This document shows, piece after piece, positions 22,276-35,900 of a DNA stretch of 57,876 nt (positions are counted from its first letter, which is position 1; each line of letters opens with the position of its first letter). The stretch is from Octopus bimaculoides (taxonomy: Eukaryota). The stretch covers positions 72,934,228 through 72,992,103 of the forward strand of contig NC_068991.1 of assembly GCF_001194135.2 (NCBI RefSeq). The letters are read 5' to 3'. Below the pieces are notes generated by a model. It was not told the origin of the DNA. It ran no database searches and saw only the letters and a list, made by a program, of their open reading frames with translations. The translations under genes were made by a program, and so were the position numbers.

Positions 22276-25200
22276 ATGATAGTAATGATAATGTTAGGGT
22301 ACTTGTTCTTATTCAGCCCTAGGCCAGATCTGATAGAGTAACCCTACGCACAAAAGTAGTGTTTGGTAGGAACGCTGTGCCTATGCGTATGTATGTGTGT
22401 ATACATTGATGTGATGTATGCATGTGTATATGTTTGTGGACCCTTTGAAATGGTAGTATTCTTAGTTTTTCTTTTTCTGTTTCTTCTTAAATCACCCCTA
22501 ATCGGATCAAGCAACACCATAATCAAAGTGGTATTTGATAGCGACGGGAAATGTAGCGGTATCTCTCTGTGGGCTTGTGTTTGTTCTGTTTCATTTTTAT
22601 TTTTTATGGGAGTTTGAGGCGTTGTTTATTTACTTATTAATTATTTTGTTTCATTCCTGCTTTGTTGTCAAAATCGTCTTTGTTTAGCCATTATTGTTGG
22701 AAGTGGTTAAGTTTGTATGTTGAAATTGTCTTAATATACCTGTCACTCTATCAAATGGACGGCCATTTCGGAGAAGTTAGATTTATAGCCATTGACGCTG
22801 TAGGCTTTCATCTTATCTTCACATTTCTCTATCCTTTTGTTTTCTTCATATTAAATTTTCATCGTTCTTTTTTTTTGCTCTTTTCTCATATTTCTTTAGA
22901 TTCATATCAGGTCAAGATGACTTAGTTTACCAACTCTCTCTCTCTCTCTATCAAAATTGTCTGTGTGTATATGTCCACCTTGAATTTACAAGTCTTCGTT
23001 AAGTAAATAATTTGACAATACATGAATAGCATTGTCAACTGAACTTTCTACTCACACTATGGAACAAGAAACTGACTTTTGAATTACCGGAACAATACAT
23101 CCGATGCTTCTCTCTGCATAATTTCATTTGCAGTGCTCGAGTAAACATTAAGTAATGCCGTGTTTGGTTGAATCGAACTCGAGAACTAGTGATTCAGAAG
23201 TAAATTTCTTAGCCATTCAGTCATTCTTGATTTACCCATACGCAGACATGTACACACATATACATTTTCGGACGTTAATACAAACAAGAGAACATACTCG
23301 CATGGATGTATATGTATATATATATATACACATACATATATTCATACATACATACTTACATGCATACATACATATATATATATATATATATACATACACA
23401 TGCACACATACATCCATATATAAGTATTTACAGGCATATATATATACTTTTTACTTGTTTCAGTCACGTTAACGCGGCCATACTGGAGTACCAAATATAT
23501 ATATATATATATATATATNNNNNNNNNNNNNNNNNNNNNNNNNNNNNNNNNNNNNNNNNNNNNNNNNNNNNNNNNNNNNNNNNNNNNNNNNNNNNNNNNN
23601 NNNNNNNNNNNNNNNNNNNNNNNNNNNNNNNNNNNNNNNNNNNNNNNNNNNNNNNNNNNNNNNNNNNNNNNNNNNNNNNNNNNNNNNNNNNNNNNNNNNN
23701 NNNNNNNNNNNNNNNNNNNNNNNNNNNNNNNNNNNNNNNNNNNNNNNNNNNNNNNNNNNNNNNNNNNNNNNNNNNNNNNNNNNNNNNNNNNNNNNNNNNN
23801 NNNNNNNNNNNNNNNNNNNNNNNNNNNNNNNNNNNNNNNNNNNNNNNNNNNNNNNNNNNNNNNNNNNNNNNNNNNNNNNNNNNNNNNNNNNNNNNNNNNN
23901 NNNNNNNNNNNNNNNNNNNNNNNNNNNNNNNNNNNNNNNNNNNNNNNNNNNNNNNNNNNNNNNNNNNNNNNNNNNNNNNNNNNNNNNNNNNNNNNNNNNN
24001 NNNNNNNNNNNNNNNNNNNNNNNNNNNNNNNNNNNNNNNNNNNNNNNNNNNNNNNNNNNNNNNNNNNNNNNNNNNNNNNNNNNNNNNNNNNNNNNNNNNN
24101 NNNNNNNNNNNNNNNNNNNNNNNNNNNNNNNNNNNNNNNNNNNNNNNNNNNNNNNNNNNNNNTATATATATATATATATATTTGGTACTCCAGCATGGCC
24201 GCAGTCACATGACAGAAACAAGTAAAAAATATTAATATATATATGCGTATAAATACTTATGCATGTATGACACGCATATTCATGAAGCGTTCCATATATT
24301 TTTCGATATGTCAGGTCACTTGTGTGGTCTCTCGTGAGTGCTAGAGGCAACATGCTATCGAGTACAACCTGTTGCATGGTCAGGTCATCGGTGATTAAAC
24401 CGGCATGCCAACCAGCCTAGCCTGGTGATGACGACTAAAAACAAGACATGTCAAAACGATGGATGGACCTACTGTAGGTTCTGCGCCTATCTAAGCAACA
24501 ACAGAAATTCCATTCCAGGTTGGTGTCCGGCGTGCTGCAAAACTGCTTGGAGTGAGGCACCTCTCGGCTTATATTACAGTATGTTTCTAAGAGAAGTTCA
24601 CTGTAATATAATACCAGATATGCATCGGGCATTTTGGTGGTGACTTTGCTTGCGTTTGGGATCATGGCGGCCCAAAATTCCTGATCCTGCGACCCATATT
24701 AGCATTAGATATCTTGCCCTGACTTGCCTCTGGATCATGATAACAGGGAGGGAATGATCTATGAGGTGTCGTGCAAGTCTTAGTGGAGCTAAACGTTCGT
24801 ACAGGCATTGCTGACAGTTGCTTGAGGAATAGTTATCGATGGTCTTCCTCGGATACGAGTAAATAACCATCATGTATGTGCGCGTCTTACCCTTTGTCAT
24901 TTGCAGCTATAAGGATTCAGTTATTCAATCAACTAAATTACCCGTTCGTTGAATTAGCGCACGAATTAGCTGTGCATTCTCCAAATACGTGTGACAAGAT
25001 TGAACCTCTTGATTTACAGCTTACCCCCTTTTTAATCTATCTTCTGTGCAGTTTCTATTTATCAAAATTCACTCGAGAAGAATAGATAAACTCACAGAAA
25101 ATAACATTTGCCCAAGTTGACACAGTTTATCGAACTCGGCTCTTCGCCGTTACAAAGCAAACCTCCAAATTATTCCGTCACACTGCGTGCAATGGCGCCT

Positions 25201-26122
25201 GTAACAAAAATCCTAAACTTACAAAAACTTAAAATAACATCGTATTTTAATTGAAACATATATAACAGTGAAACTGTCTGAGTTACAAATCAGCAACGGC
25301 CGAGCTTGTCAGTTTGGGCAGAATATAAATAATCCTGTATTCTTTGAAAACTAATTTCTGTATTTTTACTATCAATTGTTTTTAAATAAAGACTGGCAAA
25401 AGAAACAAATTTAAACACGGGTAGTTTGTTTTCTACCAGCAAATTAAAATAGTAAGTGAGACAAGTATAGATGATTTATAAAATCATTAGTGTTTGAACA
25501 CGCGTAATATGAAATGGTAAAATTATAGGATAATAATAAGCCATAAATGCAAATAGGAAAAATGATGGAATTAAATATGTTTGAAGTAATGCTTAAAACT
25601 TAACTCACCAATGACACGTTTGAAGTTTCTGAAATTTGAGAGGCTTTTGATATAAATCAAATCTATTTGAAAAGTAAATACGACTTAATCTAAAAAATTT
25701 TCGTTCATTAAACATTGCTTAATACTGCACAAATGTTATTTGCGAGCAACTCTAAACTTAGTAATGCGGATTGATACGAGATGAATGACCGAGGCAAGGT
25801 CCTCAGGGGCACAATCTGCATTAAACTTAAAAGTAAAGGAAATGGTAGCATACTTGGTGCCGTGAACCAAGAAATATTAATGAAGTTATTAATATTCTAC
25901 ATAGGAATGATCATTATCGAAACAATTTATTCCGGTCAAAATTAGATATGACATTTCAATCGACAAATTTTAACTAAAAATAATTAAGTGTAAAAAGCAG
26001 GTCTCTGTTAATGAGAAGTACATTCACAGCATGTTTCAGTTTTATGAAACCTTCTCAGCAGGAGCAAATTATAGACTGGATGTTACCAGTTGTAAACTAA
26101 ATGTTGAACTGTATAATGATTA

Positions 26123-26229
<107 letters not shown>

Positions 26230-26349
26230 AGGAGAGAGGGAGACTTTTCGTGAATGAAAACTCAGTTGTGTAACTGTATAAAAAATGACTAGTTGTAAAA
26301 ATTACCAACGGCCTTCTGTTGCAGGCGCCCTTAATAGTAAAATGGGCAC

Positions 26350-26696
26350 TATATACACTCCAGCCTTCATCAGGTGCCGTGGAGAAATTTCGAACCTGGG
26401 TTCTCATTAAAGACGAGCTAGATTTTGATGGAGTTTCTCTAGGTTTCCATTGAAGTCTAACAACAAACAAGATGAGGACAAATATCCGTCAAATGTAAAT
26501 AATGTAAATAATGCACATAATTCCTCATCTCTTAAATATAGAACTGTATTATCTAATCGGTACGGAGCCGACATTAGACTTCAATGGAGATATATAGAGA
26601 AAATCCATCAAAGACTAGCTCGTCTTTAATGAGAACCTAGGTTCGAAATTTCCCCAAGACACCTGATGAAGGCTGGAGGGTATATCAGCCGAAACG
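26350..26696 (+). mobile_element. Hammerhead-bearing PLE-type unit (family 1) with 5' inverted partial copy
   Basis: Arms 26350-26460 and 26574-26685 are reverse complements; CTGATGA-A-GGCTG..CAGCC-GAAAC at 26663-26695; homologous to 40457-40643. Confidence 0.8.
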
Positions 26697-27404
26697 CTCT
26701 CTCTTTTAGCATCCACATTTATTCTAAGTATATATTTCCTTATTGACTACAAGTTGCTGAAGCATACCTACACAGTTTCCTCCAGATTCTAAATTTTACA
26801 TTAGGAATAACTGTATTACTGGAGGTAGATGATATCTTTATCTTGACAGTATTTGAACCCTCAACAGTTAGTCAACTAGTCTGATGTATTTACTACGAAA
26901 CAATTTCGATCGTAATTTTATAGCATGATTCATCTTCATACAATAGTATATAACAAAGGAATAACTGGTACGGCTTCCCTGAAATTAACACACACTTGTG
27001 CTGAATAAATTGAATCACTATAAGAGTTATCAAGTAAATTTAGACTGCGCACACATATACGCACACATATACGTACACATATACGCATCGTGTGTGCACA
27101 CACGAACATACGTCAACTCATACTAGCAAGTACCAACGCAGATATATCAATGTAATATCAGCTCATTTCTATTGTGCTTCATATCAACACGTCTAAGAAT
27201 CACTCTTTAGTTTAAGAAAATAGTTTCCTTTTAGAAGTAATCATTGAGATAATATTCTGTCAATGTGTATATTTAACGTTGTTTAATACAATTAAGATAC
27301 GAAGAAAATAATTGAAAAAAACTAATAATGCTTATTGAGAGCTTAGATTTTATCAATGAATTTAACTGGGGGGGGGGGCATTTTTAGATTTCGATTTCCT
27401 TTTA

Positions 27405-27897
27405 TTTGTTTTATCTGTTTCAGTCATTTGGCGGTGGCCTTGCTGGAGCACCGTCTTTAGTCGAACAAATCGACCCCGGGACTTATTCTTTGTATACGTA
27501 GTAAGTACTTATTTTATCGGTCACCTTTGCCGGACTGCTAGATAACGGGGACGTAAACACACCTGCATCGGTTGTCAAGTAATGGTAGGGGGACAAACGC
27601 AGATACACAAACATATTCACATACGTATATATATNNNNNNNNNNNNNNNNNNNNNNNNNNNNNNNNNNNNNNNNNNNNNNNNNNNNNNNNNNNNNNNNNN
27701 NNNNNNNNNNNNNNNNNNNNNNNNNNATATATGTATATATGCGACGGGCTTCTTTCAGTTTCCCGCTACCAAATCCGCTCACAAGTCTTTGGTCGGCCCA
27801 TGCCTATAGTAGGAGACACTTGCCCAAGGTGCCACGCAGTGGAACTAAACCCGGACCACGTGGTTGGTAAGCAAACTACTTACCACACAGCCACGAC
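27405..27897 (-). mobile_element. tRNA-headed SINE with internal microsatellite and gap (C+B)
   Basis: Reverse complement of the 2124-2518 architecture. Confidence 0.8.
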
Positions 27898-27964
27898 TAT
27901 GACTCATTGAAACAAGTGAGAGTACAAGGATATGTTTGTGTGCTACAGGGACGGTTAATATTGG

Positions 27965-28325
27965 CGCAGGTTATGTGGTTTCCGAGGTCACTTTGCAACC
28001 ATGTGGTCTGAGGTTCAGTCCCAATGCACAACACCTACATTAAGCGACTTCTACAATAGCCCAGTAATGAATTTCGAGTGATTTTTTTCGGAGAAAACTG
28101 CGTGGAAGCTCATCATAAATATATGTATGTGCAGGCGTCTTTGTGTTTGTGTTTGTCTCCCATTACCGCATGACAAACGGTGTTGGTTTGTTTCCCTCCA
28201 TGTGATTAGCGTAATGGACAAGTAAAATAGCGCCGGACTTTAACATCAAACAACTAGTAGAGTCGATTTGTTCCACAAGGCATTGCTCCAGCATGGCCAT
28301 AGTCTGACGACTGGAGCAAATAAGA
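27965..28325 (+). mobile_element. Older C+B SINE copy
   Basis: Degenerate tRNA head and tail in the same order as 2124-2518. Confidence 0.6.
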
Positions 28326-28400
28326 ATATAAGAAGAGCAACACACACACACACGAACACGCACACACACACACACGCAGCGACACACGCACATACACGCG

Positions 28401-28431
<31 letters not shown>

Positions 28432-28644
28432 TCGCACACAAACTCATACGCACGTACGCACATCTGTGTGCTCATGTGCGACGAATCTATGCTCAGGGAA
28501 ATGCATAACGGGTGGATACACGCGTTTCGATGTATTTGCGAATAGTGGTATGTGCCTGGACAATATGTCTGTGAGCCAGTGTGTGGATTTGTAACGATAC
28601 CATCCTATGCAGTGGTGTGTGGAACCAATGAGCGAAATGATATG

Positions 28645-28693
<49 letters not shown>

Positions 28694-29167
28694 CATATAT
28701 ATACACGCACAACAGACACACACAAACAGTTCGCTCTTGAAGAATTGGTTTGATGGTTTTGATTTCTTTATAAATTTCAACAGCCTTAGGATAAAGTAAT
28801 TAATAGCGTTTATCTATGAATTCTATTAATTCCCAAGTATACATGCATACATACATGCATAATACATACGCATATTGGTACATACATGCATACATACATG
28901 CATACATACATACATACATACATACATACATACATACATGTGTGTATATATATGCATATATATTTGTGTATATATATATATATATATACATACATATATA
29001 TATATATATATATNNNNNNNNNNNNNNNNNNNNNNNNNNNNNNNNNNNNNNNNNNNNNNNNNNNNNNNNNNNNNNNNNNNNNNNNNNNNNNNNNNNNNNN
29101 NNNNNNNNNNNNNNNNNNNNNNNNNNNNATATATACATATATGTATACAGATACATGCGTGCTTCTG

Positions 29168-29207
<40 letters not shown>

Positions 29208-29802
29208 TTGTCTGTGTTTTAAAATTTCATTTTTAGATAAAAGTAAAAAAAAAAGGAAAATAAATGTTATGAATAAAGATTCGGAGGAGAACATCGTTGA
29301 AAACCGTACAAATATTTCCAGATGTTTCTGAATATAAAAAAAATAATAAGAAGAAAGGCAGAATATTTGAATATGTAGATAAAGTTAAATACATCATGAC
29401 GCCTTCTTGCTTCGGATATGCAAACACACACACATTGTTAGATAGTTATATTGTAACATAGATATATATAGATATACATATATAGTCATATATATAAAGA
29501 CACACGTAATTTGTATACGAAATGCAAAAGAAATTTTTTTTCTAAAGTATCGGTTTTAAGATGCATATTACTCGAAGGTTATTTTTGTTATTATTTAAGA
29601 GAACAGATTTCTCTCATGGAATGATATCTAGAAACATCACGATTTTCTGTTTCAAAATTACGTGGTTATTTGTATGTGTACAGACAGACACACACACACA
29701 CGCACGAAGACATATATATACTTATGTGTATACACATATACACATACATATATGTGTGTGTGTGTGTGTATACTTATATATGTTTATATATATATTTGTA
29801 AG

Positions 29803-29835
<33 letters not shown>

Positions 29836-29872
29836 ACATATATGTATGCATATATATATATATATATGTATG

Positions 29873-29962
<90 letters not shown>

Positions 29963-30469
29963 TGGGTTGTAGTGTGAAATCTTTGATATTTGTGTATATT
30001 TTCTGAAACAAAAACTTTAAACTAACTCATTTAAAAAAATATTTGTTATTTTCCCTTTCCATCTTTAGGAATGTTATACGTTGTATTATTATAGAAAACC
30101 ATTAAAAGATGCTTTCTGAAAATTGCCTCACCTCTATCGAACGTTTAAGGTATTGAGCCTAGTGTTTTAGGTATTTCAGAATCACACGAACAGCTGTAAC
30201 CATAACCTGTGAGAAAGGTCCACCAGAGCAAGCAGGGCATCTTAAAATATATTAAAAAATAATGAATAGAAAGCAGTGCACAGTTGCTTGCTTTTTTGAG
30301 AGTCTACTTTGAAGTCTAAAGTAATCTTGCTCTGTATAACGAAAATTCTCTCATAGAGAAATTGGCTCTACCTGTCGAAATTGGTTGCTTGCGGCATTGG
30401 AAATAAACCCAACGCACGCGGGACCCTCTATGTAGTTTCTTTATTTGATGCATTACAACCTCAAACTAA

Positions 30470-30790
30470 AGCATAGCTCTCCGTCGATTACGACGACGGG
30501 TGGTCCAGCTGATTCGATTAACCGAGCGGCCTGCTGGTGAAATAAACATGCCAGTGGCTGAACATTCAACAGACAGGCGTACGTACCCATTGCATAATTC
30601 TCAGGGAGATTCGACATGACACAGAATGTGACAAGGCTGGCCCCTTTGAATTACAGGTACAACGCATTTTTGCCTGCGAAGTGGACTGAAGTAGTGTGCA
30701 AAAGAATATCTTCCTCGGGGACAGAACGCATCCCTGGAAATCGAACTCATAACCTTAAGTCGCGCATCTTTACTAACGTATACAGACAGA
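30470..30790 (-). mobile_element. tRNA-derived SINE family D
   Basis: Reverse-strand GAGTTCGATTTCC B box near 30735-30750; body resembles 1845-2112. Confidence 0.65.
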
Positions 30791-31577
30791 AAGAGCAACA
30801 CTTCTGATAATATAACCTGGGGGGATAATGCTGAATCACAGGAGAAATTTCAGGTCACCTGACCCTTAAGACTTTTCAGGGTCACCAACGTTGGTCATTG
30901 GTGGAATAAGAAAGATGTCTCGAATGCTTGCAATGCTGAAGGCTGCCAAGTGTCAGCTGGTGGTGGTGTTAAAACAGATAATAATGCTATACATAGACAT
31001 AGAATTTAGACTGGTTATAGTCGGGGTGACTTTGATCATCGGTCTGTTAGATGACGGCCGACGTTGAAACTACACAGCAGCAACAACAACAACAAAGACA
31101 ACAGCAAAAAGAGCTCGAGGATATTTGACACTTTCACCATAAACTTTACATTCAACGGTTAATGTTTAAAATATATCATTTATGATGTCACGATAGACCG
31201 ATTCGTCACAAAACTTTGCATCAATTAACTGATATAGCAATCTAATTAATAGAAACATCAATTGGAATTCACCAAAACAGAAAAATATGATTATCGAAAC
31301 CTACAAGTAGTTTTTCTTATTGCTATTACTGTGCTGTTGTTTTGGCTTTTGTTTTGTTTTGTTGTTTTTGCTATTCACCTCCACTCCGTCTTGGCCACAC
31401 AGTTTTATGACAAATGATGGTCTTAGTTATAAATTCGCGAAGGTTCTGTCTTTTTATGCATAGTAGGGGCCACATTATCCGCTGCATCCTTATCTCTCTC
31501 ATTAAGGTATTATAGTGTCACAAGAGGGTAGTTTGACTGCCACTTCTAGCAAATCGTCTGATCGCATAGACTCTATG

Positions 31578-31866
31578 CGTCCTCAATGTGGGCGCTACCG
31601 CCCTCCGGTGGCCATTGAGACGGTCCAGGGGTAGAGAAAAAGGAGGCGTTGGGAGGAAGGCAGTGGATTGTGGGACACTATGAATTTAATATGATATAGT
31701 ATTGTATACAAATTAAATACTATTATATTAAATATTAAATGATTCATAGTATATAGAAATTAGAGAATATGAAAAATTTATTTATATATAAAAACAGGGA
31801 TGGGGGTGCTGAGGGTATTATGTAGTCATGAGGGAGCGGTTGCTCAAAAAGTTTGAGGAACTCTGG
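31578..31866. mobile_element. Probable hAT-type MITE, degenerate
   Basis: GC-rich ends around an AT-rich core; residual terminal complementarity TCCTCAA / TTGAGGA; no TSD established. Confidence 0.4.
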
Positions 31867-32334
31867 CATAGAGGCTCTTCCGTTGGCTAGTGTACAATTT
31901 GTCATTATAGATGGCTGTAAATCATACAATTGATATTTCCAGTGACTGTGTGAATAAGATGTCATCATCAGGTATGTGACATCACTGAACAGAAATTATG
32001 ATGAATCGGTCATCTTAATTTGACGTTAAATGTACCTGGGTATGGACCAGAATTTGCAATAATTAAATAAGATGAAAAATTCCTTCTTGCAAAAATACTT
32101 AAGGAAATCAATAAATTTGCCGGGACTCGTAGTGTCTGGGATCACTCAATATTTTCTGGCATTGATAGTTATGGAATAGTGACATTATGTCAGGAGTACA
32201 AATAACCTCAAATCGTAAGAGGTTCGTTCCTCTTTTAAAAGAAACTTCATGGTAATTCTATCTGGTGGATATTCCATAACTATCTGGTGGACTCGAGCGA
32301 AAGGTTTAGAGACAAACACTTTCCTCTCTGGCCA

Positions 32335-32585
32335 ATCACACATCAACAATTACAAAATTACAAGTATATATAACATACAGAAAATTGCACTACTGGGCAC
32401 TGCACACATCCTGCGCAAAACACTTTCCATACAGTAATCATAAGAGCATCNNNNNNNNNNCACTTTCCATACAGTAATCATAAGAGCATCACAGCAAACC
32501 ACAGCACATACCCAAGGCACACAGAGCTGCGCTCGGTAGTAAAGTGAAAGCACACTATAAAAATAAGACTACTGAATAATGATAA
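32335..32585 (+). mobile_element. R4/Dong-like (RLE) non-LTR retrotransposon 3' end, family i
   Basis: YNIQKIALLGTAHILRKTLSIQ* plus 3' UTR nearly identical to 42980-43150. Confidence 0.8.
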
Positions 32586-32619
32586 TAAAAATAGTAAAGC
32601 TGTTGTGGTCGATGAAAAA

Positions 32620-32857
32620 TGTAGCAGTAATACCAATAATTGTCGGAGCCTGGGAACAGTGATCGAAAATCTCGAGAAGTACGCGGAACAAATATGGGCT
32701 GCCCATAAGGTTGGGGCACTTGCAGAAAACAGCACTGCTTGGACCCGCTCGGATACTCCGGAAGGTGCTCGGAAAATAAGAGGTGTTACCTTAGTTCACT
32801 GGAAAGGAACAGCTGACACTGTAGTACATCTCCAGCGTTAGAAGTTGTGCAAAGGCA

Positions 32858-32858
<1 letters not shown>
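32620..32858 (+). mobile_element. R4/Dong-like 3' end, family ii
   Basis: Frameshifted VIPIIVGA(L)G...QKTALLGPARILRKVLGK*, followed by (AAT)n. Confidence 0.7.
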
Positions 32859-32929
<71 letters not shown>

Positions 32930-32933
<4 letters not shown>

Positions 32934-33250
32934 CAGCGAAACGGGCTGATTACTACCTAGCTCAGATACCAGGAAACCCCAAAATGGCTGAAGTTCAAAA
33001 GATAGTGCTCATGGGAACTGCCCATATCCTACGTAAAGTACTGTCTATGTGATCTCAAATTTTAAAGCAAACACATAATTTTCTTATGGTTTCTTAAACA
33101 TTCACTTGAACAAAACTGTACAAATCCAAATATATGGTACCCTAGGCATAACACCTACATGAACTTCTAACTTGTTGTCTCTTGAGGTCTCTGGGTGAGA
33201 CTTGGATCCAACTTGTACAAATGCAAAACAAAAGTCAAACATAAAATAAT
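32930..33250 (+). mobile_element. R4/Dong-like 3' end, family iii
   Basis: ADYYLAQIPGNPKMAEVQKIVLMGTAHILRKVLSM* plus 3' UTR ending in AAT repeats. Confidence 0.8.
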
Positions 33251-33269
33251 AATAATTTCTACTATAAGC

Positions 33270-33452
33270 ACAAGGCCTAAAATTTGGTGGCAGGGGTTAA
33301 GTCAATTACATCTCCCCAGTACTCAACTGGTACTTATTTTATCGACCCCAAAACGATGAAATGCAAAGTGACCTCGGCGGAATTTGAACTCAGAACGAAA
33401 CGACGCTAAGCATTTTGTCTCGTGCATTGACCATTTTGCCTGCTCACCGTCT
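33270..33452 (-). mobile_element. SINE family A
   Basis: Family consensus. Confidence 0.8.
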
Positions 33453-33849
33453 TTATAAATCGTAAAAATAATGTTAACATTTTTTCGACGATGATTATGT
33501 TGATGGTGATAATAATAAATGTATCGATCATGGAAGCCTTAAAATATTTAACGTATATTTGTTGTCTACCAATTAACGATAAATTAATGAGATCAACGTA
33601 GACATTGAAAACTCGAAGAACAAACCTAATTAATATGCTTGTTACCATTTTCGATTTTTATCGGTTAAACATTTTGTTTCTGGACTGTGTTTTTCTTAAT
33701 TAATTTTATATTTCTTCCTCATTATATCTATTTTCACATACGTGTAGACACACATATAATCGTACAGACACTCAAAAATATATTCAAACACACAAACACA
33801 CACGCATTCACACACATATGTATATATATAGTTGGAATTTACAAAAAAA

Positions 33850-34040
33850 ACAAACAAACAAAACAAAAGACGAGGACGGGTGTGTAAACAATAAACAGAT
33901 GTATTAGTTTAACGTTCGGGAAGGGAAAAAGTCTTTTACGTTTCGAGCCTACGCTCTTCGAAAGAAAGGAACGCACAAATAAACAGGGAGAGAAAATATA
34001 AAAAGAGGTTTAGTGGCTACCGATCAATCATGGCGAATGG
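33850..34040 (-). mobile_element. PLE-type terminal repeat family 2 with degenerate hammerhead
   Basis: Reverse strand reads CTTT-CTTTCGA-A-GAGC-GTAG-GCTC-GAAAC-GTA-AAAG (33933-33968); homologous to 39340-39500. Confidence 0.65.
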
Positions 34041-34059
34041 ATGCACAAACACACACACA

Positions 34060-34128
<69 letters not shown>

Positions 34129-34597
34129 ATATATATGGATATACATAATGGACACACATTTGTATATACATTTTTAAAAGAACTATGGAAGAACGAATTG
34201 ATATAGCCAACTGATTTGCGACGGCACGGATGAAAGTTGTTGCTAACAATAAAAAAACAGGGAATTGAGAGAAAACCGTAGGCTAAGTGGTCACTATAAG
34301 AAAACATCAGAAAATTTGTTTTTGTGCCCTTTCTGTCAACGTCATAGCGAATCGCCTGTGTAACATTAGTTGTGTATTCAAGACGTTGATTTACATCCAT
34401 GTTGTTTCAGTTTCGATTCTTACTGAAGAAGCTTAAAAATCATAGTCTTTGCTGAAACAACTGATCCCGTGCAGTAAGGATATGTCTATACTCTTTCATC
34501 CATTTACAATATACTCCTTAAATGAGGACTAACAAATTTATCGTATTTAACTTATGGAAACTTCCTTGTACATACATTGGTACAAAAACAGAAATAC

Positions 34598-34650
<53 letters not shown>

Positions 34651-34651
34651 C

Positions 34652-34798
<147 letters not shown>

Positions 34799-34860
34799 TG
34801 TATAAGCATATATTTGCATATGTATGTAATATGTATGCATATATGTGCATACACATATGC

Positions 34861-34907
<47 letters not shown>

Positions 34908-34932
34908 CATATAAAGATGCAAATTATATATA

Positions 34933-35003
<71 letters not shown>

Positions 35004-35052
35004 GCATACATATATATGTATATACATATATAGCTATTTACATAGACATTTG

Positions 35053-35107
<55 letters not shown>

Positions 35108-35499
35108 GTGTGTATATACTCACGCTAATATATGTATACTTTGTGGTACAAAGAAGAAAAATAAAACTCAATACACAAAATTGGAGCATATACCTTTCAA
35201 ACTACACGTGTTACTCAAAAGCCGACAACTTCATTCATTGCATTCAAATATCGCAACTTTTCACTTGATTTAGGAAAATTACAACTTTCAGCAAATATAT
35301 CCATCAAAAGTTATTGGAGAGATCTATGTTCAGTAATATTTTGAAGTTCTGCCTGCTAAGTGATGTGAATGAATGTATGAAATGAGAAATACAAATATAA
35401 AGCGAGTCCCTCCCCCCCCCACATACTCACATTTCTGAATAGGGAATTTTATATTATATTTTCTATGTTCTTATCCTTAAAATTATTTTGTTTACTTCA

Positions 35500-35900
35500 T
35501 GCGAATTGCTGAGCGATATGCTGTCTGCTGTAACGTTCTGAGTTCAAATTCCGCCGAAGTCGACTTTGCCTTTCATCCTTTCGGGGTCGATAAATTAAGT
35601 ACCAGTTACGCACTGCGGTCGATGTAATCGATTTATCCATGTGTCTGTCCTTGTTTGTCCCCTCTATGTTTAGCCCCTTCTGGGCAATAAAGGAATAAGA
35701 GACGTTAGCACGCCGAGCGACATGCTGAGCGATATTTCGTCTGTCTTTACGTTCTGAGTTCAAACTCCGCCGAGGTTGACTCTGCCTTTCATCCTTTCGG
35801 TGTCGATAAATTAAGTGCCATTTGCTTACTGGGGTCGATCTTATCCACTGCCCTGCCTCCCCAAGCATTTCAGGCCTTGTGCCTAGAGTAGAAAAGAATA
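35500..35900 (+). mobile_element. Two tandem SINE family A copies
   Basis: B-box/body repeated at about 35535 and 35752. Confidence 0.8.

Noticed and set aside
32421-32490. 30-nt exact duplication across a 10-N gap
   Set aside because: Contig-overlap assembly artefact.
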